64,000 nt of DNA, taken from contig NC_042998.1 in NCBI RefSeq assembly GCF_006345805.1, positions 40,176,001 through 40,240,000 of the forward strand, written 5' to 3'. Position numbers and translations under genes: made by a program. This document shows positions 26,500 through 37,488 of this stretch, piece after piece. Under the pieces are notes generated by a model, which was given only the letters and a program-made list of their open reading frames with translations, made no database searches and was not told where the DNA came from. Position 1 is the stretch's first letter. The number at the start of each line of letters is the position of its first letter. The stretch comes from Octopus sinensis. Lineage: Eukaryota.

Positions 26500-27420
26500 C
26501 TCTTTTCTTAAAAATATTTCTTTTCATTTAGACTTCCTTCTGGTTGTATAGCAGACTGGGTATGTTTTTAAGGAAGAATATGAGCAGGGTGGGAATTACA
26601 GAGGGTTGATATTCTGGGAAAGAAGAAATGGGTATAGTGACTGGTGTAGAGCCTGTGTGATGAGAGGAGTAGAAACAAGTAGTCTGGCAATGCCTGAGTG
26701 GACATGGAAAGAGCCCAGATAGTACTGAGGTTCAGAGGCCATTTACAGTTACAGTAAAAAAGGCAGAGGAAATAGTGTACACGTAGGCCAGAGGCTAGAA
26801 TGTATCTGGAAGTGTCTTCATACTAATTAGGTGAGCAATCCTTTTCTGGATACATTCTAGGATATCTGTGTGTGTTGTAGCAGCAGCAGTGTCCCAGATG
26901 TGAGAGTAATCCTCTGTTGTAGGCCTCACTCGAGCCTTTAAGTGTATCAATAACTGTTGAGGGATAAAGTGTCTTCTGGCCTTGAAGACAAGGGCTAGTT
27001 GTTAAGATGAAATCCAGGCTAAGAATTTGTTTTTGCCAAGAAAGATTCTTGGCGAAAGTGAAACACAACTGGAGTGATTTTGAAAGCTCTAGCTTAGTGG
27101 GTAGGAGTACAATGATGTCTTTTTGTTTTGAAGATTAACATTTGTGTTTTCTTGCTATTGAAAACAAGATTGACATATCTCCATTGGGAGAAGCTTTCAA
27201 AGACATTGTACATGGAATCAGTGTAGGTTTGGTGTGAGGTGTGTAGGTTGCAAGTGGATGAAGCATGGTTGGGGGATGTCAGGAAGGAATGAATGGCAGC
27301 TCTGTAAGAAGGGTTGTTTGGATGTGACAGCAAGTTATTGATTTACAGAAGGAAGGGACTGAGGCACAAAATCAAACTTCGGATTTACTGGAGTAAATAG
27401 AATGAGGGACAGCAAGGGCT
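26500..27420 (-). mobile_element. Decayed CR1/L2/Jockey-type LINE RT fragment
   Basis: SQWRYVNLVFNSKKTQML, LCFTFAKNLSWQKQILSL and (frameshifted) QLLTLLKAQVRPTTEDYSHIWD resemble RT and post-RT motifs. Confidence 0.7.
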
Positions 27421-27979
27421 CTGTTAACACATGCTTACATTCTGTTAAATATTTGGTACTTTAATTTCAATGATAAATTTCAATAAACACATATATACAA
27501 GAATATGCACTAATTAAAGATCAAATACAATTAACTCCAATGTCAGTACTAAATACACTGTCTTTAAAATAGTGTGTTATCACTGAGGTACCACCTGGAC
27601 ACTGAGTCACTTCTCACCTCATACCTTGAGGTGGCATTTGGGCACCTCATCACAACTTTTTATCTCCTTGCAATTACTACTGATCTATTCTTGCCTTTTC
27701 CCCTGAATGTGAGTAGCAATGTAGCTCCTCTACAACAAGAAGCTGCTCTACTTCAACCTCTTCTCTCATACTTTAATCTCATTTAGCATAAGGACCTGTC
27801 CCCCCCTGCCACCACTCTCCTTGAGTTTTGTACACTTGTGAGCTGGATGGCAACCTCAATAGTGCCAGCAGCAGGGGAAAAAAAAGCACTCAGTACACAC
27901 TGTAGCGTGGTTGGCAAGAAAACCATATTAAAGTAGATAGTAGAGCATGAATGCAGTCCTAGGACTCACCAGATCCTAT

Positions 27980-28210
27980 TTGGCTTAGGAGTTTGGGTGT
28001 TGGACTTGTGATCCTAAGATTGTGGTTTTGATTCCTGGACCGGATGACGTGTTGTGTCCTTGAGCAAAACATTTTATATCACGTTGCTCCAGACGAGTCA
28101 GCTAGCAAAAATGAGTAATCCTGCAATGGACTGGTATTCCATCATGGGAAAATGTATGTGCCACAGAAACCGGGAAACTGGCCCCATGAGTTTATATAAC
28201 CTGGGAAAGA
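27980..28210 (+). mobile_element. tRNA-derived SINE (V-domain-like), related to 5453-5764 and 40535-40810
   Basis: B box ggttttgattcc, tgtccttgagcaaaaca, cctgcaatggactgg, cagaaaccgggaaactggccccatgag. Confidence 0.7.
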
Positions 28211-28341
28211 TCCTTATCTAAACCATCTGATCCATGCCAGCATGGAACATGGGACATTAGATGATGATGATGATGATAAAATGATGATGATGACTATGAC
28301 GATGATGATATACAACATATTATACAGAGAAAATATATTAC

Positions 28342-28511
28342 TTTGCATTAGGCATGTCCATTTTTGTTCTGTACAATTTCATAGCTTCTCCTGGAGAAAT
28401 ATCACTGATGCATTCTCTACAATCAGTAATCACAAGAAATACATCAATAAGGGATTTTTTAGCAATGGCCCACTTGACAGGCAAAGACAGATCTCTAGCA
28501 TTTTGCAGCAA
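28342..28511 (-). CDS. RO60: Ro60/TROVE2-like, penultimate exon
   Basis: Acceptor ctctctatttatag|, donor AA|GTAAT; 170 nt, phase 0 to 2, after a 111-nt intron. LLQNARDLSLPVKWAIAKKSLIDVFLVITDCRECISDISPGEAMKLYRTKMDMPNA(K) versus GGTDCSLPMIWAQ...DVFIVFTDNET...P..AL..YRKKMDIPAK. Confidence 0.95.
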
Positions 28512-28622
28512 CTATAAATAGAGAGAAACAACATTAAATACAGTGACCATGATAGAAACTTATTTAATATAAACAGAAGGTAATTATGAATGAGTTAAGA
28601 ATAACAAATTTGAGGCACTCAC

Positions 28623-28868
28623 TGGGAAACTGCAAATTAGATCACAAATTTCTGAGAGCTGCATATTTGGTGTAATTTTTAAATTAAGTGCAACCGCTGG
28701 CAATAACAATAGTAGTTGAAAGTCATCTTCTTTGTGTGCAATAATCATTGACATTAAGGCAGCAGCCAGTTTTGTAGAGATGACTGGTGCTCCTCGGACT
28801 GCATTGCGGAATACATTGTCGTCTGCCTTTACAGCAACAAGAAAGCGTTTACCGGTGCGTGGCACATT
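28623..28868 (-). CDS. RO60: Ro60/TROVE2-like, internal exon (start of vWA domain, degenerate MIDAS)
   Basis: Acceptor ttttcttaatag|, donor CCA|GTGAGT; 246 nt, phase 0 to 0. NVPRTGKRFLVAVKADDNVFRNAVRGAPVISTKLAAALMSMIIAHKE...ITPNMQLSEICDLICSFP versus VEPTGKRFLLAVDVSASM...AAAMCMVVTRTE. Confidence 0.93.
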
Positions 28869-29929
28869 CTATTAAGAAAAGATTTTAACAAAAATTAAAT
28901 TCATTATCAAGTATTTAGGCTAAATGAATTTAATTAAAATAAAAAATAGAAAATGGAGTTTGAATGAAGTAATATTAAATCAGTTGTGAAGTTGAAGACA
29001 TCAATTACAAGAGAGAGAAAATAAAGAATGTGCCTATATGTGTCAGAGTCTACAAATATACACTGAAAAGGAATATTGACTATCAGAAGATATATAGATA
29101 TTTATCAAGCAAGCTATTTTTCTAAGTAATCTTTATAGAATCTTAACATGTGGATGAGGACAATTGCTTCAAAGAAACATTCAAGAGTTATCCTTCTTTA
29201 CATAAGTCCAATGGTGACGGTTGATGGAATTCAATTTCATTAATCATCTTTCTATGATGAGAAAAGGAAAAATGTCACAATATTGGTTATATTGTGGGAT
29301 GGTGTAGGACTCATCTGTGGTTATTACTGTTTAGATAAGTTCAGTGATCAATATTTGGAGAATTTAATTTCTTTAATTATCTTCCATTGATGAAGAAATT
29401 AGATGCCACAATATTGGTTAAATGTAGAAACATTGGAAGGACTCAACTGTATTAATTCAAATTGGAGTGAATAAATTAAAAATTAATGTGTGGTTAACTT
29501 AAGCTAGTTAATATTTGGAATGAATAAAAATTTCAGGTATTGCCTTGGTTAATAAACTATTGTATTTTCCAACAACCAAATCAAATTTTTTATACCATAA
29601 ATTTACAACCATATTGTTGGCTTATACACCAAAATGACTTTGGATGACCAGACGTTTCATATGAAATATAGTCGAATTTGGAAAAATAGTTACAATGATT
29701 GTATGCTTACACTGTGTATTATAGTAACTTGTATACTAGCAGATACAGTATTGATTTGCTTTTAACTATTCAATCAGCATCCTGTGTCAGAAAACCATTT
29801 TTGCAGAGATGTCTAAGCTAGAAGTATTTTCTAACAAGAGGAATGCAATCTTTTATGATGCAAACCCCTACCCACCATACGATATGGTTATGAGATGAGA
29901 CTGGAAGTCCAGTAATGAAACCAACTGTG

Positions 29930-31346
29930 AGATTGGTGTACAATCACACAATAGTGGTGTTGATGAGTCTGATCAACTGGCATCAACACAAATCAGTGCA
30001 TAAATTTGTGAAATAGTATAAGAAACTTTTCTTATATGTGGTGGATATGACATTAGTAAATTCGCTTTTGATATGGCATATGCTTGGTGGTGTGGGAGAT
30101 GGACTAACATTTTCTGAGTTGCTTGTGTAAGAAATAATAGAAGTTTTGAATTTTCAACCATACTGTTCACATGCTTTATGGAATTTTAGTGAGTGGTTAG
30201 CAAAAATTGCTAAGACAGGAGAGTTTTGTGTTTAGTTAGGTTTAATAAAGAAACAATCTTCTGTTAATATGCACAATACAATTTCTTTACTTGAATTCAT
30301 CCACTAAATGAAGAACTATAAAGTATATTCCAGATGTCATTAACCCCAATGACATCAGCTGATGTAAATTTATGCATGCTGTGTACTTGCTTTAAATCTG
30401 ATAGTGTAAATATAAATGGCTTTATCTACCCTGGTTTTTGTGCTGGTTGGTGTAAATATCCACTATCACTCAGTGTTGGTATGTATAGAGGCCATTTTGC
30501 AAATTACAAGGAATCTGATAGGCTTGTTAGATTTCTTATGTAAATATTTCCAACTCATTTTGAGGCTTCATCACCATAATAATTTTAAAACTGTGGTATT
30601 GGTGGTTACAAGAGTGAGACCGGAAATCCAATAATGATACTGACTTTGGTGTTGGTGTACAATCACACAATAAATGGCATCGATAATTCTGATCAACTGG
30701 TGTCAACACACAAATCAGTGTACAAATTTGTGAAATGGTATAAGAAGCTTTTTTTATACATGGTAGACATGACATTGGGAAATTCGTTTTTGATATGGCA
30801 AGTGCTTGGGGGTGTGTGAGATGGACTAACATTTTGTGAGTTGCTTGTGAAAGAAATAATAGGAGTTTTGGATTTTCAACCATACTGTTCATGGGGGCAT
30901 TCACATGCCGGTCCTTCCCTGCGCCCAATCGTCAAGGGACATGGACATGTTTCCCTTGCAATTCCACCAATCAAATAAAAGAACATGTCAAAATGATGTG
31001 TTGTGTGTGCAGTGCATAGTCACCACAAAGAGATGAGATATATATGCACAGACTGTCATGTCCCATTATATAATACACTCTGTTTTCATATTCACCATAC
31101 CAAAGTTGATGTTTTGTTAAGCCAATATTCAGTATTTGTCTGACTTACACTGTTGGGTTATCTTATTCCAGCAGTAATACCATAGGAGTGTTTGGCCCAG
31201 TGATAACAGTTTACAGTGCTTGCTTTATAGTGATTAACATAAATATAGACTGAACCATTGTTGTGTGCTGAGTGCTGACCTCAGCTGAGATGATTACTGT
31301 TAGTGTAGACTAGTTGCCTGATACACATCCATTGTCACGGGGTAAA
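29930..31346 (+). mobile_element. piggyBac transposase relic with a duplicated C-terminal segment
   Basis: VLVYNHTINGIDNSDQLVSTHKSVYKFVKWYKKLFLYMVDMTLGNSFLIW (YN..MGGVD..DQ..KWYKKLF motif) at 30640-30810. A cysteine-rich tail CVVC..ICTDCHVPLYNTLCFHIHH lies at 31000-31100. A second copy of the motif region is at 29930-30170, and a possible degenerate end gggg-taa at about 31340. Confidence 0.85.
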
Positions 31347-31592
31347 TTGTCATTACATAATTACAATTGTCTCTCTTATTTTTTTAAAATACAAAATGAT
31401 ATTGATTTTTAATGATCCTTCCACTAACAAAAGTGCAATTCTTAAAATATAAGATTCATTCAGAATATCATACTTCTTTCTTCTTTTTTAATTCATCAAT
31501 CTTCACTTTTCAGTAACCAGGTTCTTCTGTCTTACAAACTTGCACTTACAATGTTTTTATTAAAGAAGTAATTCAGTGAGGAAATACCTTAC

Positions 31593-31719
31593 CTGAATAG
31601 CAGTGTTTAGTGTGAAGTTAAGAGCTTCTACAACTTGAGGGATGCGATTCCATTTGCGCCGTAAGCCTTTGCCTTGTTCATATGTACGAAGAGCAATAAG
31701 TACTGAGTAAGGATGTATC
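31593..31719 (-). CDS. RO60: Ro60/TROVE2-like, internal exon (end of TROVE domain)
   Basis: Acceptor ttttttgacag|, donor CAG|GTAAG; 127 nt, phase 2 to 0. (K)IHPYSVLIALRTYEQGKGLRRKWNRIPQVVEALNFTLNTAIQ versus [26 protein letters not shown]...ILKALDAAF. Confidence 0.95.
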
Positions 31720-32267
31720 CTGTCAAAAAACAAAACCATGGTAATGGAATGATTCTTTTACAGCTCATTATTTCTATATTTCCAAGTTAGTGGGTTGCCC
31801 ATTTTTGCTTAAGTGAGTTCTCCCACAAAGTCACAATGAGATATGAATATTTTTATCAAATAGAAGTCTAGTAGTCTATGTTTTAAATAAAGGAAACTGG
31901 TTTTCTATTCTAGTAACTGAAAGCAGAATAAGAATTAGATTCAAACTGACTGGCATCACCAATCAATATTATTCAAAGGTTAAATGCTGATATCATTTTG
32001 GCTAGACTGTTTCCAAGTATGTTTTAGCAGAATCATTTTTAAGGAAACAAAAACTGAATTGCAAATCAAACTCTAAAATACTTTAAGAATACAATATGCA
32101 ATTTAGAAAATAGCATAGCTTCCAAATCTACTGATGATGTTTATGTTACTGTTATTAGAAAATTAGATGTTAATAAAATTAAAATAAAAAAAAAATCCTA
32201 AAAAGCAAAAAGAAACAAACTGAACCAGTATCTTTTTAAAGCAAATCCAGTTTTATTCTAAACTCAC

Positions 32268-32419
32268 TTGCTAGAAAGGATTTCATCGGTATTCTTTAGT
32301 CGTTCAATAATGTGTTTAGATGTGTCATTAGTTGGTTCTAACAAACCCTGACTTGCGATCTTGGAAATATTTTGTAACAACATAGGCAGAGGCAGTCTAT
32401 ATGCAAGAGTGTTCCATAC
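32268..32419 (-). CDS. RO60: Ro60/TROVE2-like, internal exon
   Basis: Acceptor ttttag|, donor AA|GTGAG; 152 nt, phase 0 to 2. VWNTLAYRLPLPMLLQNISKIASQGLLEPTNDTSKHIIERLKNTDEILSS(K) versus Ro60 [29 protein letters not shown]...EKL. Confidence 0.93.
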
Positions 32420-32497
32420 CTAAAATTACAAAAAGAAAACCAAAGCAGGAGAATCAAATATTAAATACCAGCACCAATAACAATGATAACAATAATC

Positions 32498-32688
32498 CTT
32501 TCTAATATAGGTACAAGACCAATAATATCGGGGGAGGGGATAAACTGATTACATTAACCCCAGTGTTCAACTGATACTTATTCCCCCCCCCCCGATGAAA
32601 AGCAAAGTCAACCATGGCGGAATTTGAACTGAGAACATGAAGAAGCATTTTGCTTGCTGTGCTCACAATTCTGCCAGCTTGCAGCCTC
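32498..32688 (-). mobile_element. Nin-domain-like SINE
   Basis: Same family pattern; lies about 80 nt from the acceptor of Ro60 exon 32268-32419. Confidence 0.75.
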
Positions 32689-32982
32689 AATGACAATGAT
32701 GACAACAGCGGCAGCAACAACAATAAGAGCAAAAGATTGTTTTAACTGACATGTTACACATTTTGAGAAGAGCATTGTTGCTTTGAGAATGATTACCACC
32801 CATGTGATTTGTTTCCCCCCCCCCCCCACATAACCTCAATTCATTTTGAAAATGAACAATCTGAAATGTTTGATTTAATGGCTTATCAATGTATACAGTG
32901 AATTTCTTTGCCCTACATGTTGAGAAGACACTCAGCAAGAAATGGAAACAAAATTGAAAGAAAAACTAATAATAATAATAAT

Positions 32983-33435
32983 CCTTTCTACTATAGGCAC
33001 AAGGTCTGAAGTTTTGAGGTGGGGCAAGTTGATTACATCGACCCCAGTGTGTAATTGATACTTATTTCATTGACCCTGAAAGGATGAAAGGCAAAGTTGA
33101 CTTCGGCAGAATTTGAACTCAGATCATAAAGATGGATAAAATGCCACTAAGCATTTTGCCAGGCATGCTAATGATTCTGCTAGCTTGTGGCCTTGATAAT
33201 AATAATAATCCTTTCTACTAAAGGCACAAGGTCTGAAATTTGTGGGGAGAGGACTAGTTAATTACATCAACCCCAGTGCACAACTGGTACTTAATTTAAT
33301 GACCCTGAAAGGAAGGCAAAGTTGACCTCAGCAGAATTTGAACTTAGATCATAAAGATGGACAAGATGCTGCTAAGCATTTTGACTGGTGTGCTAATGAT
33401 TCAGCCAGCTTGTTGCCTTAATAATAATAATGGTG

Positions 33436-33482
<47 letters not shown>

Positions 33483-33695
33483 CCTTTCTACTATAGGCAC
33501 AAAGTGTGAAATTTTGGGGGAGGAGTAGATTGATTATATTGACCCCAGTACTCAACTGGTATTTAATCTATCGACCTCAAAAGGATGAAAGGCAAAGTCG
33601 ATCGTGGCAGAATTTGAACTCAGAACATAGCAACAGATGAAATACCACTAAGCATTTCACCCAACATGCTAACGATTCTGCCAGCTTACTGTCTT
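32983..33695 (-). mobile_element. Three head-to-tail Nin-domain-like SINE copies separated by (AAT)n
   Basis: Units of about 210 bp at 32983-33194, 33210-33419 and 33483-33695, each with the tRNA-like head, ctttgcctttcatcctttc..ggtc and the tail ..tagtagaaagg(att)n. Confidence 0.9.
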
Positions 33696-34149
33696 AATAA
33701 TAATAATAAACAAAGATATTCACATATGTTTCAAAGATAACAGAGAGGCAAGAATGACATCTATTTCTATGGCAGCAGAATAGTATACTGAGGCTGGAGA
33801 CATTTTACAAGCAGTCATTGCACCACTACTATAAAAAAGAGGATAGAAATCATGAAACTATTAATGCTAGACATAAATTCAATTAGAAATTGGTTTATGT
33901 TTGGTTACTTTGTTAATACACTTATAAGGGGAAATATCCCTTTCTTTTACAAATAATCTCCTTGAAAGGCACTTATGCTTTTAATATATGACTGTGGCAG
34001 TTGACCTTCCAATTGAAGGCAGGAAACTATGTTTTCATTGGTTTCTCAAATTGCTGATGCTATCTGTTAGTCACAAGTCTTGACAGAAGTTTCATGAATA
34101 CCTATGGAAGCAGAAGTTTCATCAATGAATAACAATTGAATTTATCTTC

Positions 34150-34495
34150 TACGAGCCCCGTGCTTCTACGAGCACAGTCCGAGCATGATCATTGCCAGAG
34201 CAGCACCATTCGAGCATGATTGTTATCAGCATTGCCTTACTGGCACCTGTGCCGGTGGCATGTGTAAAAAGATTCAAGTGAGGTAGCTGCCAGTACTGCC
34301 CCCCCATGCTGGTGGCACGTAAAAGCACCCACTACACTCTCGGAGTGGTTGGTGTTAGGAAGCGCATCCAGCTGTAGAAACTCTGCCAGATCAAGATTGG
34401 AGCCTGGTGCAGCCATCTGGTTCACCAGCCCTCAGTCAAATCATCCAACCCATGCTAGCATGGAAAGCGGATGTTAAACGATGATGATGATGATG
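34150..34495 (+). mobile_element. RTE-associated 3' module with a (GAT)n tail
   Basis: Closely similar to 39560-39923 (cccactacactctcggagtggttggtgttaggaag..catccagctgtagaaac..agcatggaaagcggatgttaaacgatgat). Further partial copies lie at 34770-34900, 45880-46005 (-) and 60916-61060 (-). Confidence 0.8.
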
Positions 34496-35146
34496 ATAAT
34501 GATTTTCATCCAGCAATTAATAGTTAGATGGATTGTGAGAATACTTAGAGTGTCAGACATAATGCCTGTAGTATTTAGTTATAGTTCTTTAACCCTTTAG
34601 CATTTAATCTGGCCAAAATATTCTACCTGTTTTATATTCAAACAGGCCAGATCTGGCCTTTCAAATTTACCATTCAACGTCATTGTAAAAATAAACAATC
34701 AAATCATTGAAATTTTGAAACTACAAGATAATGCATGTCTAATTCAAAACAATGTGAATAAATAAGCATGGAGTGGTTGGCGTTAGGAAGGGCATCCAGC
34801 TGTAGAAACACTGCCAGATCTGACTGGCCTGGAGCAGCCTTCGGGCTTCCCAGACCCCAGTTGAACCGTCCAACCCATGCTAGCATGGAAAGCAGATGTT
34901 AATAATAAAATACTGTGGTCAATTTGATACTCCTATGAAGCATCTGAACATGACTATAATAGAAGACAAGTTGATATTGTAGCTAAGGCTTAATGAACAA
35001 CCATTTTACCATCTTATAGTGGAGATTACAGATTTCAGTTGTAAATATTAAGACAGTATGCTTATAATGATAAGATAATCAAACCTACTATAAAGGACTG
35101 AATGATGAAATTTTACATCTATCCAATCTGCAGCAAAACTCAACAT

Positions 35147-35565
35147 AGGCATAGGAGTGGCTGTGTGGTAAGTAGCTTGCTTATGAACCACATGGTTCGA
35201 GGTTCAGTCCCACTGCGTGGCACCTTGGGCAAGTGTCTTCTACTATAACTTTGGGCCGATCAAGCCTTGTGAGTGGATTTGGTAGACGGAAACTGAAAGA
35301 AGCCTGTCGTATATATGCATATATATATGTGTGTGTGTGTGTGTGTGTATGTTTGTATGTCAGTATTTGCCCCCCCCCCCAACATCGCTTGACAACCGAT
35401 GCTGGTATGTTTACATCCCCGTAACTTAGCGGTTCGGCAAAAGAGACCGATACAATAAGTACTAGGCTTACAAAAGAATAAGTCCTGGGGTTGTTTTGCT
35501 CGACTAAAGGCGGTGCTCCAGCATGGCCACAGTCAAATGACTGAAACAAGTAAAAGAGTAAAAGG
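35147..35565 (+). mobile_element. tRNA-derived SINE with CORE-like motif and an internal (TA/TG)n tract
   Basis: A box tggctgtgtggt, B box ggttcagtccc, ggcaccttgggcaagtgtctt, tail (gtaaaaga)n. Related copies at 49947-50490 (+), 45590-45755 (-), 53365-53510 (-) and 61555-61650 (+). Confidence 0.85.
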
Positions 35566-35741
35566 GTATAGATTTCAGTGTCAATGTGACTAAATACATT
35601 GCAAGCATATACTGGCTTGTACAACACAGAAATAATACAAGTAAGTTGAATCTGAAATTGACTGATTGGATCTATTGTATATTGAACTAGCTCTGTCTGA
35701 ACCCCTAACTTTTCAAAGCCTAAATAATATTTTATAAACCA

Positions 35742-36125
35742 CTAGCAGTATCGCCCGGCGTTGCTCAGGTTTGTAAGGGAAATAACTATAAAGCATTTTT
35801 AGAGAGTTATAGCCAAAAAATAGCCAAAAAATGGGAAAAAAATGATGGTAAATTTTTTTTGAGAGTTAAAAAAGGTGGAGTTGCGTCCCCTAGACGGTCT
35901 GTGGTTTGGGTTTCTGATTCTCGACCCCATGTCGAATTTATCGATTTTTTTCAGAACTGGGGGAACTTTTCAAAATTTTCGCTGCGTTAGTTTTGAATTA
36001 TGACATTGGGCTATGTGTGTGTCAAGTTTCATCAGAATCGGTTGAAAGCCGTGGTCAGAGTGAGGGTACGAGAAAACAGACACACAGAAAACGCACAGAC
36101 AAACTGCCGTTTATATAGAGAGAGA
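35742..36125 (-). mobile_element. Non-autonomous Helitron
   Basis: The minus strand runs A|TC...CTAG|T with a subterminal GC hairpin (cctgagcaacgccggg) and no TSD. It is CpG-rich, suggesting a young copy, and the same terminus recurs at 63869. Confidence 0.8.
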
Positions 36126-36571
36126 TTAGAAGCAACATTCTGTGCCTCATAACAGATTGTATGTCCCACCAACATATGTAAATAGTAAAACAAAAATTGT
36201 TAAACTGAAAATCTTTTTCGCTATACAAGAAACAGCTTCTTTATAGCTAAATTCCTTGAAAGTAAATGTTGAAGATGTTGTAACATATATACATTTGCAA
36301 CATTTCAGAACACTAATATAACTTATCTATTTTTCACCTACTGAAGATCAATCAAGAAGTTAAAAGGATATACCATCAGTTTTAAATGTTTAACAGTATT
36401 ATCACTATATATTGAGTTCAAACATAGATCAGATCAACTTTACTCTTCATCTCTCAAATGTTGATAAAATAAGCATCAGTCAAATACTTGGGTTGATTAG
36501 ACTGACTATGCTTCCCTACCAAACTTTATACCCAAACTATATAGGGTTGATGAATGCCTCTTGTAAATATG

Positions 36572-36950
36572 TACTTACTTGTACTTGTGGTGACATTCAC
36601 CCTGGGCGGGTTGAGTCGGCTTCTACTCATGGAAGAAGTTTCATGGGAATATGTGGATTTCCCAAGAGGTCCCCAACAATCTCACATGTGGAGACATCCT
36701 GTTTGCTGCAGATTGTCTGCAGACAGAACAGGGACAGAACGACCGAGGAGCTGCCAGTTGCCAAAGCAGACACTCCGAGGATTTTTACCAGAGCCCTGTC
36801 TGCCGGGTTGTGGTCCTAATATCACTCGGTGTCAGACCAATCCACCTTGGGTGGCCCTACCAGGAACTGAAGTTCCCGATGGCATAGCTCTGACACTACC
36901 CGTTGCCAGCGTCCCCACCACGGTGAGGAGAGGATGAACTTTGGGGACAC
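36572..36950 (-). mobile_element. Short full-length non-autonomous retroposon with an RTE-like 5' leader
   Basis: 12-bp TSD cttgtaaatatg (36560-36571 and 36951-36962), (caagta)n-like tail, GC-rich. The 5' part gagctatgcc..ggtagggccacccaagg..ggtc resembles RTE 5' UTRs; there is no tRNA head. Confidence 0.8.
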
Positions 36951-37264
36951 CTTGTAAATATGGGAGAATGAAGGCTTACTGGATACCAATGTTCTATGTT
37001 AACAAAGTTATATATGAATATACTATGTTCATATATTATAATTTTTAGTTATATATGAAGAGACTAGTCTGCAAAATAAACATAACATACTCTGATTTCT
37101 GTATAATGCTTCATAATGGAAAGCTTCAATCTAGATCACTTTAAAACAGGAAGTTTGTGTCATAGAATCATGGGAGTTCTCAGGTGGGTTGGTATCAAAA
37201 GGGTTACTGCTTAATTGATTAAACAGTGGTGAAATTACATAAAAAAAATAATTGCTGGTCTTAC

Positions 37265-37488
37265 CTCAGAGGAGTTGAGATGTATACTTGGTATATGCTC
37301 ATAGGATAACTGATGTTGCTCAACAAGACGTGCCACTTGTTGGTCATCTGTTGAATGCTTTAAAGTATCAACGGCTTCCAGGTAATCCAGTAATTCCCGT
37401 AACTGTCCTGTTGCATTACCATCACTATCAAACTCAGCTTTGGCAACTTTTAAACCTTTGATTACATATTTCAAAACGAGGGCCACAC
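37265..37488 (-). CDS. RO60: Ro60/TROVE2-like, internal exon (TROVE helical domain)
   Basis: Acceptor tttatttcaag|, donor GAG|GTAAG; 224 nt, phase 1 to 0. (G)VALVLKYVIKGLKVAKAEF...LLDYLEAVDTLKHSTDDQQVARLVEQHQLSYEHIPSIHLNSSE aligns by eye with vertebrate Ro60 GLAIVTKYITKGW...LLKYLEAVEKVK...[21 protein letters not shown]. Confidence 0.93.

Noticed and set aside
32983-33695. CRISPR-like or satellite array
   Set aside because: The units are dispersed-family SINE copies separated by microsatellite in eukaryotic DNA, with no repeat-spacer architecture.
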